Below, piece after piece: positions 9,397 to 18,966 of a stretch of 21,062 bases of DNA. The notes below the pieces were generated by a model. The model was not told the origin of the DNA, searched no databases, and saw only the letters and a program-made list of their open reading frames with translations. The DNA is from Hydrurus foetidus (lineage: Eukaryota). The DNA is taken from assembly GCA_900617105.1 (NCBI GenBank), contig UYFQ01000511.1, forward strand, positions 62,001 to 83,062, given 5' to 3'. Both the position numbers and the translations under genes were made by a program. Within the stretch, counting starts at the first letter, position 1; every line of letters starts with the position of its first letter.

Positions 9397-9897
9397 TCAT
9401 GGCACTTTACCAGATCCATCGCTGCTTTCACCTGTAATCTCTTTATTTTTCATCTCCAAATTCTGCTGCCGCTCTCGGAGAATTTTGTCTCGATGATCAG
9501 TTTTTTTCTCTTTCAGTGCCCCGCGTTCATGTACCTCCACCAAAGAGGTAGACACAATTCCATAGATTCGCATCGGTGCTTTACCTAGACGAACCATCCG
9601 CCCTGATGAGACGGATTTACCTAAATAATTGATTTCATAGAAATTTTAAGAACTGAGCTAGATATACTGGAAGAAATTTGACGAACCTATGCAAGCGATG
9701 GAATCAAAATTGTCCACTCGTGATCTCTCGTACTTCTCGATATCCTGCAAATTACAGTTCTCTTCAACAGATCTGAAGCCAAAGCAGATGGAGGGTTGCT
9801 TTTTACTACGCATCTGAGCATCGAAGTAAGTTACCCCAATGCAGGTAGTACATCTGTCGTCACCACTCACGAAGTCGTCTTGCTCAGCTTCAGACAT
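9397..9897 (-). CDS. Uncharacterised Cys-motif protein, paralog B, at least 2 exons, ~144 aa (3' end uncertain or truncated)
   Basis: Exons 9897-9687 and 9620-9397, separated by a 66-nt GT-AG phase-1 intron within the same Gly codon as paralog A. Protein: DFVSGDDRCTTCIGVTY...CFGFRS...FDSIACIG/KSVSSGRMVRLGKAPMRIYGI...GKVP*. A further donor G|GTAAAG at 9410 is possible. Confidence 0.72.
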
Positions 9898-10149
9898 GAT
9901 CGTGATGGGTTTGCATTTTAATGTCGACTACAGTTCACAATGAACTGCTCAGCGTTTCATATAGGTATCTCTCTATATGTCTTATGTCTGTGTCTCATGC
10001 CTCACGCACGTCTCCCGCCATCTCACCTCTCACATGGGCCGTATCCGGGTAATTTTTAAAATAAAAAAACTTATCCTTACGTACTACAGTTTGTTGAAGC
10101 CTCTGATACTTCCTGCTCCTTGCCATAAACTGGAGGTAAGATCTCATCC

Positions 10150-11823
10150 ATGGTGAATAGTGAGGCGAGAAATTTGAAGGCTTTGGTCGACCATCTGGGC
10201 ATTGGTCATGAGGGGAATGATCATGATACGCTCATGGCACTGATGAATCTCACACTGCATTGTCTCGGTGGAATAAGGATTTTGGCTGATACCATACAAA
10301 TTGAGAAGGATGCTGCAGCAGCAGCTCAGGATATGCAGCAGGAAACTGATGAAATGGAATGTCACTACGCCATTCGGGAAATATTTGCGAGCGCAGTTAA
10401 CAGAATGATGTTTTCTGTCCTGCAGGGAAAACATCTCAACGATTTGGATCCATCGAGGCATCTAGTGGAATCCTTCCCACATGAACATCGAATTAGTAAT
10501 GCACAGTGGCTACCTATTCATTGGGCTGTGCTGGGAGATGATTATTTTTCTTTAGAGTCCACGCTTGAGACCACGCTTCACGACGATCACAACTCAAACT
10601 TGTTCTGTCCAGAATCACCAGATATCGATAGTGACTGTTCCCATCGCATCTCTCTGATCAACACCGTTGTTAAGTCGTATCCTCATGTCGCTGATCAGCT
10701 CGATACTGAGGGTCGATCGATTTTACACTATGCAGCCCGACTTTCGTCAGTACCTCTTGTGGAATGTCTCATACGAATCTCGAGAACATCTCATGTTTTT
10801 GGACCTGATCAACCCAACCTGAACGGAGCATATCCTCTGCATAATGCAGCACGGTTCTCGAAATCTCTACCAGTCACGAAGCATTTACTGGATATTAGTC
10901 CGATTCTCGCTGCAGTTGGTAATAATGACGGGACATTGCCACTCCACTGGGCAGCTGCCAAGAATGTTAACACTGATGTAATTGACTGCCTCCTCAAAGC
11001 ACATCCAGAAGCTGCACACACCGCGAATTACGAGGGCTATTTGCCTTTGCACACTGCGGGTCAAAATCTCATGTTGGATGTCGTGAAGGTGATATACGAC
11101 TCATTTCCAGGAGCGATTTCAGTAACGGACACGGAGGGAGGGATTCCACTTCATCATGCCTGCTGCTTCAACACAAATATAGAGGTTATTCAATATTTAA
11201 ATTCTCTGCGTATTGATGGAATGACTGTGGCGCAAGCTGATGGCATCACGCCTCTCCATCTAGCAGCGTCTCAGAACTCTTCCCCTGAGGTCATAGAATA
11301 TCTACTGCAAGAATGTCCACTTGCAGCGTATGCTGTTGATATCGATGGGTGGCTCCCTCTGCACTGCCTTGTGACCCGCCATCGCGACGAGATGACTGCG
11401 GATCGCATTCAGTGTCTTCGTCTGCTCTTAGCTGTTAACCCTTCTGCTGTTTCAGCCAAAAGAAATGACGGGCAGACACCCTATCAAATGGCAAAACTGA
11501 ACAATCACCGGGATTCTATCCTCAGACTCCTACTCTTCGCGCAGCCTGATTATGATAAAGTAGAGTTTGCGAGACTGAATTGGGCGGGATACCGGAGGCT
11601 GGCAATATTGTCTTGTTTATCTCTACACCGATATTCCAATCTAGGCTCTAATGGTCATTTCGACTATATTCTAAATGGGTCAGACTCAAAAAAATTAGAT
11701 GGGCTGCAGCGGCTAGAAAGGAATTCCTTATATGTTATTAGAAAGTTAACTTACGGTTACTTGGGAGATTCGGGTCTGTCGATGAAAAGCAATATTTTGA
11801 GACACATCATAAAGTTTCTATAG
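10150..11823 (+). CDS. Ankyrin-repeat protein, single exon, 557 aa
   Basis: Repeated ~35-aa units: WLPIHWA, GRSILHYAA, GAYPLHNAA, GTLPLHWAA, GYLPLHTAG, GGIPLHHAC, GITPLHLAA, GWLPLHCLV, GQTPYQMA. Confidence 0.93.
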   Translation: MVNSEARNLKALVDHLGIGHEGNDHDTLMALMNLTLHCLGGIRILADTIQIEKDAAAAAQDMQQETDEMECHYAIREIFASAVNRMMFSVLQGKHLNDLDPSRHLVESFPHEHRISNAQWLPIHWAVLGDDYFSLESTLETTLHDDHNSNLFCPESPDIDSDCSHRISLINTVVKSYPHVADQLDTEGRSILHYAARLSSVPLVECLIRISRTSHVFGPDQPNLNGAYPLHNAARFSKSLPVTKHLLDISPILAAVGNNDGTLPLHWAAAKNVNTDVIDCLLKAHPEAAHTANYEGYLPLHTAGQNLMLDVVKVIYDSFPGAISVTDTEGGIPLHHACCFNTNIEVIQYLNSLRIDGMTVAQADGITPLHLAASQNSSPEVIEYLLQECPLAAYAVDIDGWLPLHCLVTRHRDEMTADRIQCLRLLLAVNPSAVSAKRNDGQTPYQMAKLNNHRDSILRLLLFAQPDYDKVEFARLNWAGYRRLAILSCLSLHRYSNLGSNGHFDYILNGSDSKKLDGLQRLERNSLYVIRKLTYGYLGDSGLSMKSNILRHIIKFL

Positions 11824-12321
11824 ATTGGTTTCATTTTATATTACTTTGTGATTGACTAGTTTCTAGCTTCTATTTATTTGATATAATTAGAATTTAGAAT
11901 TCGACTATTCGAATTTTCTTCCTGAAAGTTTTCTTGCCGGAAGATCTCCATGACAGAATGTCGAGCAGACTGCCGCAGTGCTAGATGGGAATGCGATACA
12001 ATCGACTCGTAGTATGTCAACACCTCATATTGCTGAAATAGCATCTTCCAGTTTGGTGACTCATGTCAAATAGTGTACAAAGCCTCACTTCGTACTGTAC
12101 GATATCTTCAGTAAAATGTTTTGAGCGCACGGTTGTCTATAAGTCCCTGTATCTGTCTGTATATACGTTATATGTTAAGTACCATTAGTAACAGTGCTTG
12201 TGAGCTTAGTGAGGGATCGCTGAGCTCAAGGCTAAGTATTATAATCATGATGAAATACGCCGAGTATATATTATGCGGGTACTATTTCCGGCCGGATTTC
12301 CGGTCTCAAAAATAGTGGACT

Positions 12322-12329
12322 TGACGTCA
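12322..12329. promoter_or_regulatory. Palindromic CRE/bZIP-type site TGACGTCA ~185 bp upstream of the J-protein start
   Basis: Exact TGACGTCA, followed by TTGACGGTAGTTACTGTAG. The TGACGT core also lies shortly upstream of three other start codons (7022, 16275, 17153). Confidence 0.3.
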
Positions 12330-12512
12330 CTTGACGGTAGTTACTGTAGTACTTACACATACATACGGTTATCCCGCCAGTCTTGATGCTGCACTCTCTA
12401 ACCTCTGGTGAGGCTGCGATAACGACACACTCACTTTGTCATATTGATTCAATTGATATCTCTGTGAAGCACTCGCGCGCGAGAGTGCAGCCTTCGCAAA
12501 AACGCTGCCATC

Positions 12513-13743
12513 ATGATTACTCAAGCAGAAGTTCTCGCTTCATTAGCTTATTTTGCGATCATGTATCCTGTTCTACTATTCGCCTTCCGGGATGAATCAG
12601 CTAACAAACGCAAATCTCTGTACACGGTGTTGACGGTAGCAGTCTTAGCACTCGCAATAAAGCTGGTCAGTACGCTGTCTTTCCGAATAATATGATTGCA
12701 CGCTGGTCATTAATCAATCATGTTGAATTGACATCGTGCCTGCCATCAGGGATATGAGATGACCGGAACAAGTAAAAATTACTATTCGATCCTTGAAGTA
12801 TCACGACACAGCTCTGCGATGGAGATACGGCAGGCTTATAAGAGAGTGTCGAAGAAACTTCATCCAGACAAGAACCCATCGCCTAATGCTGATATAATGT
12901 TTCAACAAGTCAAAGTAGCATACGATGTAAGTTTGGTTATGATATATGGCGTCTTTCATTCCGATTTCTTCGTCTGATCAAGGCCGTGGATATTTAGGTA
13001 CTCATGGACGGCACCCAGCGCGATATTTATAATCGTTTCGGAGTGGAGTCACTCGCTTTCGATCCTCGACTCGATGAACTGAAACTCTTATCTAGTCTCG
13101 CAGCTGTCTACTTGTTTTGGCTTGTATCAGCTTACATTATAACAATTCCGGCTCCAGCAAAAGCGTCTAGGACATGGGTGTCCATATTCTGCATCGGTGT
13201 TCTCGTTGTAGAAGTGTCGCTATGCCTCACTGAGAGCTCATTACCCAATTGGACTCCAGCAACTCTGACTGAACAAGAGCTGATGAGGCATATTCATAGC
13301 ATGTTCCCTGCAGTTATCATAGCATTAGCTGCTTTGGCTACCTCCATGTATGTGGACATAGATAAAACATCGATAGCCGTACTGAAGGAGCTAACGGAGC
13401 ACCAGAAGGTATAGAACTCTTCTTATCTCAATGACTGCATCCTCCTATCCGAGTGTCTCCCTACCATCCTTTTCAAATACTTCGTTACAATCAACAGGCA
13501 CTACATGGCGTGCTTCATCAATTGCAAGTCGTCATATCAACAAGTCAAGATAAGAAAAATGAGGCAGCTTCAATGGAAGGAATTACAAACAAGTTAGGGG
13601 AGCTTCGTGATATTATGGAGCAGTCAGGAAATTCAACTGTCTCTATCATTCAAGCTCTCAAGGACTCGAGTTCGAATCCTGGATCAAACTATTACTGGCT
13701 AATATTTGTTGTGCTATATGGAGGGGTCTACTTATTCCAGTAG
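12513..13743 (+). CDS. Membrane-anchored J-domain (DnaJ type C) protein, 4 exons, ~328 aa
   Basis: Exons 12513-12665, 12750-12926, 12998-13408, 13498-13743; all introns are phase 0 GT-AG. J-domain NYYSILEV...IRQAYKRVSKKLHPDKNP...FQQVKVAYDVLMDGTQRDIYNRFG has an intact HPD. Two hydrophobic segments precede it, about three follow it, then a helical region and a hydrophobic C-tail (YYWLIFVVLYGGVYLFQ). Confidence 0.9.
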
Positions 13744-14278
13744 ACAGACTTGAATTGAATTGGGGAGACGTAGAGTAGAGTAGCGCGTTCTAGCTGTCAA
13801 TGATTGGGACGTTACTTTGCGAGGGCTTCCTTCAATGGGACAGTAATAGCGCAGCAGTGGTGGGGGTAAGATGATGCCTTGTAGCATTCTTTGTAAGTAA
13901 ACGAAATACGCATAGAAACATAGAGAAGACGTTGACAGAGAGCAGTGCCTTAATTTTAATTTGAGTACGTACTCAGAACTTTCAATGACAGTGGAAATGG
14001 CGCTGTGTGACTCAGAGGCTGTGTTTAACGACCACAGCGCTGATGAATTGCAAAGTCCTCTCAACTCTTCCGGGAGCAGGTGTCTGCAAAACCTGAGCAT
14101 AGTAAGTACTGGGCAGGGCAGAGCGTCCATCAGTAGACATACTGTCGAGAGCAACTCAAAAAGTTGTCTGTCGCATCATCTGCACAACTGAAATTCCCCA
14201 TCAGCATCTATCAAAGTTGATAAAGATGTGACTGTTTCCGTCGACTCATTAATTTACCCAAAATAATCAGCGATAGTC

Positions 14279-16196
14279 TCATCCTTCTAAAACTAAAGGC
14301 GGACGAAACTTTTTCGCCCATACATTTTTCAAAGATTTCAGAACTTGATCCACGGCCTGATCGTCAGGATCATGATCACCGTCCCTGATCATCATTCTAG
14401 GGGCATCGTACAAATACATTGCTTGCATGCTCGCTTCTGCGGGGACTATGGAATCTTCGTGGCTAAAAAGGTGCAGGGATTTTTGTGGTAGACCGTTCAT
14501 GGTGGAATCTTTTTCAATTGATGCGAATAAAGTGTCGAACATCTGATCCCTAAATAAATAAATTAAAAATCGGATTACGGATTTGCAAGAGTTAGCATTT
14601 CACAAAATTACGTAATAGATGCAATAAATTTGCTGAAGAAAATTGTGCAATTATTAAAATACTATGTCATTCATCGCATTGAGGATGAAAGTGTTGAGGA
14701 AATATTGTTTTCATATTTCACCAGAAGATGGCATCAAAATAATCAGGAAAAAAATGCCAAGATTAAATCACTCATTTGTCATGCATCGTACGATCCTCTA
14801 TTTGATAAAATTCAGCGGACCAGAACAGAACATTCTGACAGTTACTCACCTCGGAACAAATCCTCCTATGACTATCGAGAGTAACGCGTCAGGCAAATAA
14901 AGTTTTTCAGAACATTCTTCCGATACAGATTCTACTGTCTCCGGCATATCCAAATCTTCACCATTCAATAGTGCTGACAAAAACTCTGACACAAATTGAG
15001 ATGAATTCTGATCAGTTTGAGTTTATGATGTGCTTGGCGATTTCTCCACCTTTTACGTTTATAAAATTATATGAAAAGCAGTGCGATGCAATACAATGCT
15101 AAACGTTACCTGGTCTAGATCGCAAGCAATCCATCGCTACGACTAAACACGCTCCTTGGGAATGACCCAAGACAACGTCAAAGGGACCTATTGTATTAAA
15201 TTTGTCAGAGCAGTCGATCAGCTGCTAGTTAACAGATAAAATTGCGACACCAAACTATCATTGATCGCACTCAAGGTGGACAGACATCGTAATTGAAATA
15301 AGAGCCTCACCGTAGTTCTTCTCTGTATTAGCTATTGAAATAAGAGATTCTCTGAGACCTGTGTATTGAACTGCTTCTTCATAACCCTCAGTACCCTTCT
15401 TGTTTTCAGATGCATACCACCATCTGAACTACCACAGCAAAATAGTTATTGGAGCCTTAGTGCGACAGGAATCACAAATACACCAGAGCAATGTGGTAAA
15501 ATATTTGTAAAAAGTGAGCAATCATAAGTCCTGGGAACGTTTCAAAAGGGAATAAGAATATTGTGCTGTTGGCATACCTTTCCAGCGGGAATTTTCGAAA
15601 TTTCTGCAGGCTGTCTTTCAGGTCCATCTGAATCACAGAGACGAAATGAATGTAAAACAGTAATCAGATTCCACTGCGTAACTACAGAACATAAAAAATG
15701 AGACCAAAGGAATGTAATCGGAACATTCAATGCTGGAATTCACCTAATCTTTCGAGATCGGGTATCTTTTGAGCTGACAGGAGTCCAAATCTGTGCGGCC
15801 CGTCAATAAAAACTACATGAAGTAATCCATCGAAACATTTATTTCACGTTGCAGTGATATTTTCTGCTGTGCATTTCATGTCTACCCACCGAAATCGGAA
15901 ATGTCTGCAGCGTCATCAACCAATCTCCTCAATTGGAGCTGAAAATACTTAGAGCTGCTTAGATAGCCATGTAGGCACAGAACTTTGAGACGCTTAGAAG
16001 TTTTAATTCCGACATTAGACTGATCATCGATGGATGCTCCATTTCTCGACAGCTTTCGTCTGCGGCTAGTACCAGATGAGCTTTCGGTCTGAAGTACTTC
16101 ACGAAATAAGTACGGCTTCTGGACCAATGATGATGATGGACATATCAACGAGCAGCTGCACAGCACGAGTAGAAAAGAGTGGAGTTGACGGACCAT
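14279..16196 (-). CDS. FSH1/OVCA2-family serine hydrolase (alpha/beta hydrolase) with N-terminal presequence, 7 exons, ~342 aa
   Basis: Exons 16196-15890, 15812-15744, 15627-15578, 15428-15311, 15187-15110, 14985-14850, 14549-14279; phases consistent, 1029 nt. Motifs LKVLCLHGY, FVFIDGPH, FRWW, GPFDVVLGHSQGA (nucleophile Ser), GGFVP, SLHLFSHEDSIVP (Asp), DGDHDP (His). Confidence 0.88.
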
Positions 16197-17212
16197 GGCG
16201 ATATTTCTATCATATTTGTGATTGATTTCACGGAGAGATACCTAGAGGAAAATAATCAACAAACTTCGTAGCGGTGACGTACTACCTTCAATCGTTGGTC
16301 TTGTTGTTTGCAACAATGTCGCACTAAAAAATGACTAGACGACTGGACTGTTAATCTTACAACTCAGTGTATGCAGAGTGCTGTTCATGACGAACTGGTA
16401 AATTCTTCTGTTTAATCAGTATCTATTCTGCTGGATAAACTTATCTATTTGATTGTAAAAAAATAAGAAAAAAGAATCTACTGAAAAATAGGTGCATTCT
16501 TCATGAGCGACATCAATGAACGTAAATGTGATCATTGTTCACGTTGTCTATGAAAAATCTATCGATAGCTTATTAATGGCAAATTTATGCTTATTATCTC
16601 GCTTTTCCAAAGGTTAAGATCTGAGAAAGTAAACGGTTATGTCATTTAGTTCTTCATGAATGTTAGACGATACTTTTTTTTAACGCGTTCTAACCGCACA
16701 ATGCATTTGCGGCGTTCCTTTCATTGTGAATTCATCTGCTGATTTAGAACAAGATGCATACTTCTAACTAATTGTTTCTGCCGCGGCTTCAAGTAGGCAT
16801 CCGTTTAATTGGACCAATACAATTGTTCTAAAACAACCTAATGTTGCCAACTATGTCTCATTTTTGATTACCCTCCCGCATGAAGCCTTCAACGCATATT
16901 TGCTCTCTTGTGAAAGTCTCACTAGCACATTGTATCCAACGGAACGTGTACTGATCACTGTGTGTATGTACAAAAGCAAGTTGAGTTCTAGGTTCCAAAG
17001 TTTGAGCACTCGTTCTTTGCTTTCGGCTTCTGGGTTGTTCTTCGTTCCTCGCGAACTTCTGCGGAGAAACTCCTGTTGTTTTCAGCACCTATATATCTAG
17101 ACATCACTCCTAACACCAAGTTCAATTCCTACGTCCAACATCATCTTCGTAGTGACGTCTAACTCCCCATTCAGTGAACTTGTTGCTCACCTTGATCGAA
17201 TCTTTGTGCAAA

Positions 17213-18138
17213 ATGGACGATCTTCACAGTCAGATAGCTTCAGAAAAGGAGAAATCACGAAAGCTTCAAGAATTACTTAACGAGGAGAGGAACTTGCGCA
17301 TCAAAGCTGAGACAAGCTTACATGACTTGAGAAGAGTTCATGAGAAAATGGCTGTGAAAGGTGAGATGGAAGAAGAGAAGATCGTCAACAAGGTTTGTCT
17401 TTAACGTTCCCAATATTATGCTCTAGAGGTAACGCTCATCCAATCTATACCCCAACTTTACCATGATCGATGTTCGTTCTCCAATTCGCAGCTCCTCTCT
17501 AAGATAAATGAAGTTCAACATGACAAGGAGAAGCTGGCCATTGATCTCGAACGGGAGGAAGAGTGTCTCACAAACAAATTGCAGCGCCAACTGAGACAGG
17601 TTGGCATAGAGAAAAGTGAAACTGACGCAGAAATTGACGACCTTAAGAGGCAATTGGAGGACATGAAATCTGAACGCGAAAAGGTTGGCAAGAATATTAG
17701 CCTAAATCAATTTCAGTAGCACAATTGTTTTTTTAGCACCACGACACAAAACTCAAACTGCAGATAGCAAGACTGGTAGAAGCTGAGCAGGAGCTTCTCA
17801 CCAACAACTTATTCAGGAAGTTACAGAAGGCTATGGCGGAGAAAGTTGAACTTGAGCACCAGCTCACTAGATCCACTTCATCTAGAAGCTCACGCAGTGG
17901 ATCAATATCACTTGCAGGTAAGCGAAATTCTTCGAGAAAACTGGATTGAACACCTGAACAGGGGCTGCTTTGAAATGCACTGAATCTTCGTTACACTAAA
18001 CGTCGTATAAATTAAAAACTTTAAGGTAACAGTGGGGGTGCAGCGGCGACGAGCTCACTTGAATCTCCATCCAACCCGCCCTCCGTCCCGCATGTGTCTA
18101 GGACCTATTTCGAGGATAACGCGAATAAAAGTAAATAG
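17213..18138 (+). CDS. CCDC6/H4-like (DUF2046-type) coiled-coil protein, 3-4 exons, ~212 aa
   Basis: Exons 17213-17392, 17492-17683, 17764-17917 and 18026-18138. The last exon is uncertain; unspliced read-through stops near 17949. Repeats EMEEEKIVNKLLSKI, EREEECLTNKLQRQL and EAEQELLTNNLFRKL match the CCDC6 E-x-EEE-x-x-x-N-x-L-x-x-K-(I/L) repeat. Ser-rich tail. Confidence 0.8.
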
Positions 18139-18966
18139 AAATATCTGTAAGGGGTCGGCGACATCCATCAGCTTACATCCTTTTTCTATGCTTGGCCATA
18201 GCGAAAGAGTTTTACAAGCATTCAATATCGCCACGGATTGATTTCGGCTTACTCCCAACAAAAAAACCTAAGTGCTAACCGATTGTCAAATCTGGTCACT
18301 GTCTGTTCCATATGGATGCCGTTATCTTATTTTGTTAAACTAGCATGACGATTAGTTGTTTGAGAAGTAATGTCTTCAACATCATTTAGTTACGTTTGGA
18401 AAATTTTCATGATCTGTTACATGAGCTGACTACTCACAAAAATCATGTGAACGACATTATATGATTTTTAGTACAACGGCAGTATTGTTGTCACCACAAC
18501 GATGAAATAAAAGGACAGAGGAGGAGAGCTTGAGAGGGCAGTGCCATATTTTTGGTTTCCATCGGAAATGTGAAAATTATTCGGCGTCTTGTAGGCCTCG
18601 AAGCGTGTGGAGAACAAAGTAAGAGCTGAGACAAAATTACTGTCTAATTTCGGCTTCAGTTGTGGGGGAGCAGCTAAATTCAGGCGGGTCAACAATTCCA
18701 CTGCATATAGTATGGTATCGGTGAATCTGAATCTGTTGTCAATTGCGTTGGCGGTAGGGTGGGATAGTATCCCCGAGATCACCACGACTTTTTTGCTCAA
18801 ACTATGGGTTATGGCCGATTGTACGTAATCAATGCAATCGCTGCCCGAGAAGAAGTGGCGTTTAAAACGAGTAGTTCCGAAATCAATGTTGTGTCCTGTC
18901 GACAACGGACATGATCGGATAGTGTAGGATAGGATGACAATCCCATCTCGAGGAAGAGAAAGAAGC

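Noticed and set aside
13666..13684. GAGTTCGAATCC, resembling a tRNA T-loop / B-box
   Set aside because: Lies within J-protein coding exon 4; no cloverleaf or A-box.
13732..14191. ORFs between the convergent J-protein and hydrolase genes
   Set aside because: Non-ATG starts and no recognisable domain; probably 3' UTR sequence.
16300..17100. ORFs 16858-17088(-) and 16864-17100(+) in the divergent spacer
   Set aside because: Non-ATG starts, no motifs, and the surrounding frames are full of stops.
18468..18905. 145-codon minus-strand ORF as the last exon of the TFxP-repeat gene
   Set aside because: The acceptor near 18896 joined to the phase-0 donor at 18987 gives a different, short frame; the long frame has no support.
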